Part shown: piece by piece, positions 18,252 to 26,953 of the stretch | Position numbering within the stretch: the first letter of the stretch is position 1 | How the letters are laid out: the number at the start of each line of letters is the position of its first letter | DNA from: Candidatus Daviesbacteria bacterium | GTDB lineage: Bacteria; Patescibacteriota; Microgenomatia; Daviesbacterales; UBA10151 | Length of the DNA: 64,000 nucleotides | Direction of reading: 5' to 3' | Assembly: GCA_028687915.1 (NCBI GenBank) | Contig: JAQTZF010000001.1 | Coordinates: forward strand, 610,634-674,633 | Program-made: the position numbers and the translations under genes | Notes under the pieces: model-generated | The model's database searches: none | What the model was told of the DNA's origin: nothing | Seen by the model: the letters and a program-made list of their open reading frames with translations, nothing else

Positions 18252-18837
18252 AGAAAAAAGTATTAATTTAAGGTTTTTTGCTATAGCTTTAGTTTTATTA
18301 ATTGTGGGTATTCTTTTGCTTTTTTTAGGTTTTAATCAAGGTTCTTCTGAAACAGTTAATAAAACAGAAACTCCTCAGCCTTCAGTAAGTTCAACTCAGT
18401 CTGCCCGTATATCTGAGGAGCCTATTAAAGGGGAAGAGGCAGAAGTAACCAGAGTAGTTGATGGAGATACAATTGTTATTTCCAGTGGAGAAAAAGTTAG
18501 ATATATTGGCATTGATACACCAGAAACAGTTGACCCAAGGAGAGCTGTTGGTTGTTTTGGTAAGGAAGCATCAAATGAGAATAAAAAATTAGTTGAAGGA
18601 AAAACTGTAGTTTTGATGAAAGATATATCTGATAAGGATCAATTTGGTAGATTGTTAAGGCTGGTATATTTGAAACAGGATGATGGGAATTTCATTTTTG
18701 TAAATGATTATTTAGTAAGAGAAGGTTTTGCTAAGGCATCAACTTATCCTCCGGATGTTAAATTTTCCAAACAATTTGTGGAGGCTGAAAGAGAAGCCAG
18801 GGAAGCGTCCCGGGGCTTGTGGAAGATGTGTTTGTAA
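18244..18837 (+). CDS. Membrane-anchored thermonuclease (SNase family)
   Basis: RVVDGDT, VRYIGIDTPE, DQFGRLL, RGLW. Confidence 0.92.
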   Translation: MNEEKSINLRFFAIALVLLIVGILLLFLGFNQGSSETVNKTETPQPSVSSTQSARISEEPIKGEEAEVTRVVDGDTIVISSGEKVRYIGIDTPETVDPRRAVGCFGKEASNENKKLVEGKTVVLMKDISDKDQFGRLLRLVYLKQDDGNFIFVNDYLVREGFAKASTYPPDVKFSKQFVEAEREAREASRGLWKMCL

Positions 18838-18854
18838 CGTGTATAATAAATAAA

Positions 18855-19343
18855 ATGAAGAAATTTTGGATTCAAATTATTGCTTTAACATTAATAATCT
18901 TTGGTGGTTTATACTTTTATAGTAATCCTTCGGTTATATATATGTTTTTTCCTAACAACGCACCTATTGTGACGACAAAATTAAAGGTAGGAAATAATAT
19001 TCTAAATATAGAAATTGCTGATAATACTGAGGAAAGGGCAAAGGGTTTAAGCGGTAGAGAGAAACTAGCTTCTGATTCTGGTATGTTGTTTGTTTTTTCT
19101 GAAAGTCAAAAGTATCGGTTTTGGATGAAGGATATGAAAATTCCACTAGATATTATTTTTATAAATGAAGGTGGTGTTGTGGATCTTCTTAAAAATATTG
19201 TTCCTCCAGGCGCCAATCAAAAAGATTCTGATTTACCAATTCTTTCCCCAATTACTCCTGTGGATATGGTATTGGAGGTTAGTAGTGGATATATTGATTC
19301 TCATGGAATTAAAGTTGGAGATAGTGTTACACTTGTAAAGTAA
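18855..19343 (+). CDS. DUF192 family exported protein
   Basis: EIAD...R..GL, GMLFVF, FWMKDM.IPLDIIF, VLEV. Confidence 0.9.
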   Translation: MKKFWIQIIALTLIIFGGLYFYSNPSVIYMFFPNNAPIVTTKLKVGNNILNIEIADNTEERAKGLSGREKLASDSGMLFVFSESQKYRFWMKDMKIPLDIIFINEGGVVDLLKNIVPPGANQKDSDLPILSPITPVDMVLEVSSGYIDSHGIKVGDSVTLVK

Positions 19344-19346
19344 AAC

Positions 19347-20804
19347 ATGGAAGTACTGCCGATTGAAAGCCTATCTGATTTTGAAAAAGATATATATGGC
19401 GCCAATTTGTATAATTTATCCCTTTTAAAACGATTAGATTTTCCTGTACCAAACGGTGTAATTATTTACCCCCCGGAAATTGTATTAAAAATAATTTTAC
19501 AACATTTAGAAGACAATAAAAGAGAAATATTTGAGGCAAATTTAACTTTAATTAAATCAGAAATTTCTAAAATTCCTTTGCCGCCTGAACTTTTGGATAA
19601 ACTAAAAAAAGAAACACACTATTTATTAGAAGGTTTTGTGTTTGATAAAAAAGAAGCTCTCTGGCAAAAACTTTTGAGTTTATGGCTAGATGAAATTAGA
19701 GTTAAGATTTGGAATACTGGCTTAGGAGAAGGTGTGGCTAATAATTTATCACCACAGGTAATATTTTGGAATAAAGAAAAATTTGAGATTGCAGAAGCTT
19801 ATTTTGATCCTGAAATAAAAGATGTGGCTATTTCTAATAAAAATAATCTTTCACCTCAGTTATTAAACTTGATTGATAAAACAGTTATGCTTGGTAATCA
19901 AAAATTATTTATTCCACAAATATATAGTTTTTTGATTCAAAATAATGATGCAAAAATTATTGGTGTGAAGCCTTTTACAGAGTCTTTACCTTTGGCTAAA
20001 ACCAAGGATATTGTTTTGCCTCAGGTACCACAAAGAAAAATTATTAAATCTGCTATTAAATTGTTTTTAAACCTTTCTTCAGGTTTTACTATTGATAAAG
20101 ATGTTGATGGATTATTAATAGAGGGGGAACGTGCAAAAGATTTTGATGAACTTGTATTTAGGTTATCAGAAGGGGCTTTATCATTTCCTGATAAGCCGGT
20201 TATATATAGATTACAAGATAAGGATGAAGGAGAACTTCGTGGAACCATGAGGTTACTTCATAGAAAAAATATGTTAGATGAAGCATGTAATGCACTCTTG
20301 TTTGTAAGAAATAAAAAGAATTTGCTGAATGTGGAATTATTTATTCCGCGGGTTGCATCTTTAAACGAATTTTTAGAAATGAAAAGAGAATTGGCAAGTC
20401 GTGGTATTAGTAGAAAAGGTTCAATGAAATTAGGGTTGGAGATATCCATTCCGGAAAATATTATTAATATAGAAAATTATTTAGAATCAGGCTTGGATAC
20501 AATACTTTTAGATCTGGATTTAATGCAAAAAATTATATGTGATACAAGAGATAATCAGCCGGATTTAATTAAAGAACATGTGACTACTTTAATTAAATTT
20601 ATTAGTCCTGCTTTTTTGAGTTGTCATAAGGCAAAAGTACCTATTATTGCCAGAGGGAGTGTGGTTTTACATCCTGAGATGTTAGATTTTTTGATAGAAA
20701 AAGGGGTTTGGGGAATTGTGGCAAATACTTTATCAGAAGTAAGTAATTTACCAGAACATCTTCATTGGGTGGAAAATAGGATTATTCAAAAGAAACTCTA
20801 CTAA
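19347..20804 (+). CDS. Degenerate PEP synthase/PEP-utilising enzyme homologue
   Basis: N-terminal G.NL..L.....PVP.G; C-terminal TIM-barrel remnants (DKPVIYR, LRG..R, EI.IP.N); no phospho-His motif seen. Confidence 0.65.
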   Translation: MEVLPIESLSDFEKDIYGANLYNLSLLKRLDFPVPNGVIIYPPEIVLKIILQHLEDNKREIFEANLTLIKSEISKIPLPPELLDKLKKETHYLLEGFVFDKKEALWQKLLSLWLDEIRVKIWNTGLGEGVANNLSPQVIFWNKEKFEIAEAYFDPEIKDVAISNKNNLSPQLLNLIDKTVMLGNQKLFIPQIYSFLIQNNDAKIIGVKPFTESLPLAKTKDIVLPQVPQRKIIKSAIKLFLNLSSGFTIDKDVDGLLIEGERAKDFDELVFRLSEGALSFPDKPVIYRLQDKDEGELRGTMRLLHRKNMLDEACNALLFVRNKKNLLNVELFIPRVASLNEFLEMKRELASRGISRKGSMKLGLEISIPENIINIENYLESGLDTILLDLDLMQKIICDTRDNQPDLIKEHVTTLIKFISPAFLSCHKAKVPIIARGSVVLHPEMLDFLIEKGVWGIVANTLSEVSNLPEHLHWVENRIIQKKLY

Positions 20805-20871
20805 TTAGGCTTAAAAATATTTATTGGTGAAGTTGCAAATTATAGAAGATTAGATATAAAATTAATTAAGT

Positions 20872-21273
20872 ATGGATCAAGAAACTGCCCCAAAACAATC
20901 TGTAAAAGAGGAATCAGGAGTTGATGTTATAGAGGAGCAAGTTGTAGCTGCGCAACCAAAAGTTGAATTGCAACCTGTTTCTAATAAAAAGAAAATTGTG
21001 TTAATTAGTTTAATTATTCTTGTGTTTTTAAGTATAAGTATCTATTTTTTTGTAATTAATCCTGGTGGTTCTATATTAAATATGTTTTTTAATAAAAAGA
21101 ATACCAGTAGTATTCAACCTACTCCAACCCCTTTGGTAACTAATACTGTGGATGTTTCTGATCCACAAATTGATAAAGATATTCAGGCTTTGAATATAAA
21201 AGTAACAAGTTTGGATACTGATTTTAGTAATATTGATGATGGTTTAAACGATAATCCAGTTGATAATGAATAA
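20872..21273 (+). CDS. Small membrane-anchored protein with acidic C-terminal helix (paralog of 5390..5620)
   Basis: Single TM, PT linker, SDPQIDKDIQAL...LDTD. Confidence 0.8.
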   Translation: MDQETAPKQSVKEESGVDVIEEQVVAAQPKVELQPVSNKKKIVLISLIILVFLSISIYFFVINPGGSILNMFFNKKNTSSIQPTPTPLVTNTVDVSDPQIDKDIQALNIKVTSLDTDFSNIDDGLNDNPVDNE

Positions 21274-22051
21274 ATATAAGTTTTTTATCATTTTAATATT
21301 AGTAATTATGGCTACATTTGGAGTCTATAATAATACTTTGGCAGAAAGCTCTACTGAATCTGCTGTAAAAGCAGAGAAACTAACCCAAAAAGAAGAGGTT
21401 TTACGAAATAAAACAGAACTTGAGATAAATCGCAGATTAACTTCTTTATCAAATTTAAATACAAGAGTAGAAGCAATGAAAAAGTTAAGTAATGAAAGCA
21501 AAAACACCCTTATTTTACAAGTTCAGGATCAAATAAATAGCTTAAATGCTTTAAAACTTAAAATACAAAATGATTCTGATATTCAATCTTTTAAAGATGA
21601 TCGCTTAGCTATAACTGAAGAGTACCGTATTTATCTATTATTTATCCCAAAAATGCATATTTTAGCTGCTTCTGATAGGATTTTTGAAATAACAGCAGAT
21701 ATGGATAAGTTAGTTTCTAAGATGCAAACAAGAATTGATTCTGAAAAAAAGAAGGGTAAAGATATTACAACTATGCAATCAAATCTGGATAATATTAAAA
21801 GTAAAATAACAGACGCAAATACTCAGGCTAAGGCAGCCACGGATTTAGTTACATTATTGGTTCCGGATCAGGGTAATAAAAGTAAATTTGCTGCAAATAA
21901 ACAAGCCTTACAGGATGCAAGAAAAAAGTTAGTGTTAGCAAAACAAGATCTAAGTTTGGTAAAACAAGGTTTTGAACAAATTAGACAAGATCTAAATCCT
22001 TCAAGCAGTTCTTCAGCAACCCCTTCTGCAATTAAAACTAAGTTACGGTAA
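21266..22051 (+). CDS. Secreted basic coiled-coil protein (paralog of 5617..6249)
   Basis: Signal peptide ending TLA; KMQTRIDSEKKKGKDIT motif; SSSSSATPSA tail. Confidence 0.85.
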   Translation: MNKYKFFIILILVIMATFGVYNNTLAESSTESAVKAEKLTQKEEVLRNKTELEINRRLTSLSNLNTRVEAMKKLSNESKNTLILQVQDQINSLNALKLKIQNDSDIQSFKDDRLAITEEYRIYLLFIPKMHILAASDRIFEITADMDKLVSKMQTRIDSEKKKGKDITTMQSNLDNIKSKITDANTQAKAATDLVTLLVPDQGNKSKFAANKQALQDARKKLVLAKQDLSLVKQGFEQIRQDLNPSSSSSATPSAIKTKLR

Positions 22052-22102
22052 TAACTTATAGTTTGACTTCAGCCACAAGAAAGCCTATAATTATTCATTA
22101 TA

Positions 22103-23005
22103 ATGCTTGAAAGTTTCCCTCAACGGGTTATTAGACATATTAAAAACGGAGAATTTGATCCGAAGACCCTCTTAACCGGTTTATCTCAAGCTAAAAACTT
22201 GGTCACAAAATGTAAAGTCTATGAAGGTGGGTTGAGGTTTATGGTAAACCGTCCGAATTTTATGGGAATTGAGGATCTTGCTGTTGCCGAATATTCATAT
22301 TCTGACGAGCTGGTTGATGAGTCTTTTCCTGCTAGTCTAAGAGTTTATGATTTTCCCTTAAGAAGCAGAGTAATACCTATTTTAACCAGTAAAGCAGGGG
22401 CTATGCATACTTCGGAGTCAATAGATGAAGTTGATGGGGCAATAGCTACATTTTCGGGACCAACTTTTATAAGAGGGGATTATATACCAAATAATGGATT
22501 CTATTTCCATGGGGCTACTGTTAAAAATGATTTCTGTGAGACCAGTCCTCCCGGCCAAAGAAGAGGAGCTTTTGGTTTTAAATTAGACGGTACTTTAGAG
22601 TTAATGACAGATAAAGAAAAATGGCAAGTGGTTCACGAAGAATTTAAAGGATATCAAGCACTAATAGGAACATCATTCTATTTTCTTAGTCGTGACCTAA
22701 TAGGAGAGCATACTGAACCGACCAGTGCTTTATCCAGAAGAAACCAGTTATCTTATTTATTTCAATATCATACTAAGGCTCATACCAAACGAATAGGCTT
22801 TGCAATTTCTGATGAATTGATATCAAGGTATGATATGAAATTTGCACTTGATGATTATATTAGAAGATCAAAAGGTATCCAGTATAAAGCGGTTGAATTG
22901 GAGCGTAGCAGGTGCACCTGTATTGTTAAAAATAATGGTCAAACAGATGCGTATATCGGGCAAGGTTTCTTCCGAAGAGATCATTATGTTGTCGTTTTAG
23001 ACTAA
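22103..23005 (+). CDS. Hypothetical protein, weak phosphodiester-glycosidase-like features
   Basis: 300-aa ORF with own promoter-like TTGACT..TATAAT; RGAFGF..DG.L segment only weakly suggestive. Confidence 0.5.
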   Translation: MLESFPQRVIRHIKNGEFDPKTLLTGLSQAKNLVTKCKVYEGGLRFMVNRPNFMGIEDLAVAEYSYSDELVDESFPASLRVYDFPLRSRVIPILTSKAGAMHTSESIDEVDGAIATFSGPTFIRGDYIPNNGFYFHGATVKNDFCETSPPGQRRGAFGFKLDGTLELMTDKEKWQVVHEEFKGYQALIGTSFYFLSRDLIGEHTEPTSALSRRNQLSYLFQYHTKAHTKRIGFAISDELISRYDMKFALDDYIRRSKGIQYKAVELERSRCTCIVKNNGQTDAYIGQGFFRRDHYVVVLD

Positions 23006-23674
23006 ATTTAGAAGAAGAACATATTCTCCTTTTGGAGACTGTTTTTTAAAGTCTGCTAGCCATTTAGAAATTGTTTGGGATTTTACATTTTGATGAATTT
23101 TAGTTAATTCTTTTGCTAAAACTACCTCGAAATTATCTCCATAAATTGTTTCCATATCTTCCAGTGTTCTAATTAGTTTATGGGGAGCAACATAAGCTAT
23201 AAAAGTAGAGGCTAGCTGCTCGTTAATCAAAGTAAGTTTTTTGAGTAGCCCTGTTCTTTTGCCCTGTTTTTCTGGCAGGTAACCTAAAAACATAAACTTA
23301 TCAGGTGGTAATCCGGATAGAGTTAATGCAGTAATAGCTGCTGTTGGGCCTGGTAGGGAATCTACTACAATATCTTGTGCTATACATTCCTTAATTAATT
23401 TATATCCTGGATCAGAAATTAAGGGAGTCCCAGCATCTGATACCAGAACTAAATTTTCGCCATTTTGTAATCTGGAAATAATTAAAGGAAAAGTTCTTGC
23501 TTCATTATTATCATTTAAAACTACCATTGGTTTTTTAATTTCAAAATGATGAAGAAGTAAACCGGTGTGTCTTGAGTCTTCACAAATTACTGCATCACAG
23601 GCCTTTAGAGCTTCAAGTGCTCTTAAACTGATATCTTTTAAATTTCCTATAGGTGTTGATACAATGATTAACAT
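22997..23674 (-). CDS. rsmI: 16S rRNA (cytidine1402-2'-O)-methyltransferase
   Basis: STPIGNL.DIS.RA, VSDAGTPLISDPG, KELTKIH. Confidence 0.95.
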   Translation of the reverse strand: MLIIVSTPIGNLKDISLRALEALKACDAVICEDSRHTGLLLHHFEIKKPMVVLNDNNEARTFPLIISRLQNGENLVLVSDAGTPLISDPGYKLIKECIAQDIVVDSLPGPTAAITALTLSGLPPDKFMFLGYLPEKQGKRTGLLKKLTLINEQLASTFIAYVAPHKLIRTLEDMETIYGDNFEVVLAKELTKIHQNVKSQTISKWLADFKKQSPKGEYVLLLNLV

Positions 23675-24290
23675 GATTGAAAGTTTAGCATCCTGGATAA
23701 TAAATGTCATCTCGACTTTGGGCTACCCTGGAATTATAGTAACTATGGCGATCGAATCTGCCTTAATTCCACTTCCTTCAGAAATAATTATGCCATTTTC
23801 TGGTTATCTTGCATCAGTTGGGAAATTTAGCTTATTAGGAGTTGCCTTAGCAGGCGCTGTGGGAAATCTTCTTGGCTCTTTAGTTGCTTATGCCATTGGT
23901 TATTATGGTCATGAAAAATTAGTTAGAAGATTTATTAGAAAATTCGGGAAATGGATTTTGATTTCAGAAGATGAGCTTGATGAAACTGAAAAATTATTAC
24001 ACAAATATAAGGATTTGGTAGTTTTAGGAAGCAGGGTAGTTCCAGGAATTAGAACAGTAATATCCTTACCTTGTGGTTTTGCCAAGCTTCCAATCTATAG
24101 ATTTATCATAATGACTTTTATTGGTTCATTTATTTGGTCATATCTTCTGGCATGGATTGGATTTTTTATGGGAGAAAATTGGGATACTTTAGGGCCATAC
24201 TTTCATAAAGTGGATGCTGTTATTGTTGTTTTGATATTAATTGCAGGTGGACTTTATATTCGTTATAAGCTTAAAAAGAATAAGAAGTAA
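23673..24290 (+). CDS. dedA: DedA family membrane protein
   Basis: ES..IPLPSEIIMPFSG, R.VPGIRT.IS.P.G. Confidence 0.92.
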   Translation: MIESLASWIINVISTLGYPGIIVTMAIESALIPLPSEIIMPFSGYLASVGKFSLLGVALAGAVGNLLGSLVAYAIGYYGHEKLVRRFIRKFGKWILISEDELDETEKLLHKYKDLVVLGSRVVPGIRTVISLPCGFAKLPIYRFIIMTFIGSFIWSYLLAWIGFFMGENWDTLGPYFHKVDAVIVVLILIAGGLYIRYKLKKNKK

Positions 24291-24363
24291 TGGCTTTCCT
24301 CTGAATCCTGCAGAACATGAAAAAGGAATTGACAAATAGCCTTATAAGGAATATTATTGGCTA

Positions 24364-24774
24364 ATGTCAACAGAAAATTCAATTAAGTCCGAAGAATATA
24401 GTTTGATGCCAGACGGATTATTACCTCAAAAAACAACAAGAGCTTCAACGCTACTAATACCTACTGGTTTATCAATATTGATATCTGTAGGTATTTTAGG
24501 AATGAGCCAGATGGAAAATGTATCAGCGACGGGTCAACAGGATGTCGTTAATCTTACATCTGAGTCTACCATATGTGCTCAGGTTATAACCAAAGTTAGA
24601 AGCAGGATAAACGGTGAAATTTGGATGTCTCCGGATACTTGTTTTGAAAGAGATATTTGGGAATATATAACTCCAGGTGCTGAAGACGGTGAACTTTTTT
24701 ATAATTATATACCCAGTGTAACGAAGCCAAGAGATACTTTTCGTGTAGGACCACAGCCTTATTCTTATCCCTAA
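24364..24774 (+). CDS. Membrane-anchored hypothetical protein with small two-Cys domain
   Basis: TM; CAQVIT......GE....P.TC; FYNYIPSVTK. Confidence 0.6.
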   Translation: MSTENSIKSEEYSLMPDGLLPQKTTRASTLLIPTGLSILISVGILGMSQMENVSATGQQDVVNLTSESTICAQVITKVRSRINGEIWMSPDTCFERDIWEYITPGAEDGELFYNYIPSVTKPRDTFRVGPQPYSYP

Positions 24775-24778
24775 GCGA

Positions 24779-25393
24779 TTAGAATCTTCTTATAACACCA
24801 ACACATTTACCCTGGATTTTAACATCTGTTGCATAAATTGGTTCCATAGCAGAATTAGCAGGTTCTAATCTAATTCTTGTAGCTTCTCTGTAATATTTCT
24901 TTAATGTAGCTAAACCATTTTCAAGTAGCGCAACTACGATTTCTCCATTATTGGCAGAGGTTTGTTCTTCAATGACAACATAATCACCATCTAAAATTCC
25001 TTCTTCTATCATGGAATCACCTTTAACCTGAAGTACAAAAGAGCGTTTTTTACCAGTGATCATATTGGTAGGAACATTAACTGTGGCATTAGGGTCTGTA
25101 TAAACCATAATTGGTTGTCCTGCAGCAATATAACCCAAAATTGGCAATTCAATACCTTTAAGAGATTGTGAAACTTGCATATCTAAAACCTCGATGCCTC
25201 TAATTGCTCCTTCAAACTTTTTAATTAAGCCTTTATGTACCAGAGCTTGTAAATGTTCATGAACTGTTGCTAATGAAGATACTCCAAGGCAATTAGCGAT
25301 TTCTGCTAAAGTAGGTGAGTAACCATACTTTTCAATATATTGTTTTAGAAAATCTAATATTTGTTTTTGGCGTTTATATAAGGTTATTGGCAT
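24779..25393 (-). CDS. lexA: SOS repressor LexA
   Basis: GYSPTLAEI HTH, IAAG cleavage site, GDSM (Ser), ATLKK (Lys). Confidence 0.96.
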   Translation of the reverse strand: MPITLYKRQKQILDFLKQYIEKYGYSPTLAEIANCLGVSSLATVHEHLQALVHKGLIKKFEGAIRGIEVLDMQVSQSLKGIELPILGYIAAGQPIMVYTDPNATVNVPTNMITGKKRSFVLQVKGDSMIEEGILDGDYVVIEEQTSANNGEIVVALLENGLATLKKYYREATRIRLEPANSAMEPIYATDVKIQGKCVGVIRRF

Positions 25394-25401
25394 ATCTTTA
25401 G

Positions 25402-25445
25402 TTCGCTTTTTGTTTGTGTATTTACCATACCAAAGACAACCCGAA
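25402..25445. promoter_or_regulatory. Two candidate LexA boxes in the lexA promoter region
   Basis: TTCG-N7-TTTG at 25402-25416 (+) and TTCGGG-N5-TTTG at 25445-25431 (-), the latter between TTGACA and TATGGT. Confidence 0.6.
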
Positions 25446-25594
25446 CGTGTCAATATACCAATTTGGTGCTTGACACTTATAGTAAATTTTCCTTATAAAT
25501 TAACTAGAGGTTATATAAATGTAACACTAAACTATAATATTTTACCCATGTTTTTGCCTAATATTTATAAAATTATAGCGTATTCTAGGACTTG

Positions 25595-25618
25595 AACCAG
25601 TTAACTACTGGTTTTTTT
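25595..25618 (+). terminator. Terminator-like hairpin in the leader of the second tasA-like gene
   Basis: AACCAGT-TAACT-ACTGGTT followed by a T tract, ~30 nt upstream of ATG. Confidence 0.55.
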
Positions 25619-25647
25619 GTGCCTTAAAAAGGAAGGAGGTGAGAAAA

Positions 25648-26247
25648 ATGAATAAAATATTAATGAGTTTGTTAATGATCATTATGGTTGCAACAGTTGC
25701 AACCGGAGCTACAAATGCTTATCTTTCTGATACAGAAACCAGCACAGGAAACACCTTTGCTGCTGGAAGTTTAGACTTAAATGTGGATGGAGGTAATACA
25801 AACGTAGTTAAATTTAATGTTTCTAATTTAAGACCAGGTAATCAACCGATAGGTACATGGAGATTAAATAACGTCGGTACATTAAACGGCTACTTAAATT
25901 TAAAGAACATTGCATTAACCAACGCAGGAGGTGCATTTACTGACCCAGAGGCTGAGGCTGGAGACCCAGAAAATGCTGGTAATTTAGGAACCTTGCTGGA
26001 TGTTCAGCTTTTTGTTGATACAGATGGTAATGGTTGGGTGGGAACAGGAGAACCAGTTCTATATTCCGGCCCTTTTGGTGGTTTAGCTGATCACTATAAC
26101 CAAAACTTACTTATCCCAGCAGGTGGCGCAAATTATGTTACCTTGCAAGTAAACTGGCATTCACATGCCGGAACGCTTGATAATAAAGGACAGGGGGACA
26201 CTGCAACCCTGGATATGACCTTTGAATTAGATCAGAGCCCAATTTAA
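25648..26247 (+). CDS. TasA/CalY-family fibre subunit with SipW-type signal peptide
   Basis: ATNAYLSDTETSTGNTFAAGSLDL; NLRPG; N.GTL.G; N..QGD....F.L.Q; SD AAGGAGGTGA. Confidence 0.9.
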   Translation: MNKILMSLLMIIMVATVATGATNAYLSDTETSTGNTFAAGSLDLNVDGGNTNVVKFNVSNLRPGNQPIGTWRLNNVGTLNGYLNLKNIALTNAGGAFTDPEAEAGDPENAGNLGTLLDVQLFVDTDGNGWVGTGEPVLYSGPFGGLADHYNQNLLIPAGGANYVTLQVNWHSHAGTLDNKGQGDTATLDMTFELDQSPI

Positions 26248-26262
26248 GCAGGAGGAGGTTTT

Positions 26263-26293
26263 GAAGGAAGGGTTAATTATTAACCCTTCCTTC
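26263..26293. promoter_or_regulatory. 14-bp perfect stem-loop between tasA-like gene and sipW
   Basis: GAAGGAAGGGTTAA-TTA-TTAACCCTTCCTTC; no T tract follows. Confidence 0.75.
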
Positions 26294-26339
26294 GCCTTAC
26301 TAAGTCACTTAATTAGTATATATAGTTTAAGTAAAAATA

Positions 26340-26948
26340 ATGAAAAAAGCAGGTAAAATTTTATACGGAATAGTTTTAATAACTCTGATTTTAGTAGCTG
26401 GATTAACAGCGTTTTCTGCCTTAACTATTCGGGGTAGTTATAAGTTAATGATAGTTCAGTCAGGATCTATGGAGCCTTTTATTAAAACCGGTAGTATCGT
26501 GGTTATTAAGCCTGAAGATAATTATCAAATAGGGGATGTTATAACATTCAAAGATCCAGGAAAGCCAAAAATAACGGTTACTCATAGAATTAATGAAATA
26601 CAAAATGAATCTGGCATGATTTCGTTTATTACCAAAGGGGATGCCAATAAATCTTCTGACGCTGCTAAAATCAGCAAGAATCAGATTTTAGGGAAAGAGA
26701 TTTTATCTATTCCCTGGATAGGATATTTAATTAATTTTGCCAAAACAAGTCAGGGTCTAATTATTTTAGTGATTATTCCGTCTGTGGTTATTGTTTATTC
26801 AGAAATTTTAAATATAAAAAAAGAAGCGCAGAGACTTATTAAGGAGAGGAAGAGCAGAAAATTAACATTAAAGGAAAAAATAGAAGAACAGGTTGGAGAA
26901 GAGATTATTGCTGTGGAAGAAAAGATTAATAAGGTAGTGAAGAAGTAA
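26340..26948 (+). CDS. sipW: Signal peptidase I, SipW/ER-type
   Basis: VQSGSMEP, VTHRI, TKGDAN. Confidence 0.92.
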   Translation: MKKAGKILYGIVLITLILVAGLTAFSALTIRGSYKLMIVQSGSMEPFIKTGSIVVIKPEDNYQIGDVITFKDPGKPKITVTHRINEIQNESGMISFITKGDANKSSDAAKISKNQILGKEILSIPWIGYLINFAKTSQGLIILVIIPSVVIVYSEILNIKKEAQRLIKERKSRKLTLKEKIEEQVGEEIIAVEEKINKVVKK

Positions 26949-26953
26949 GAAAA

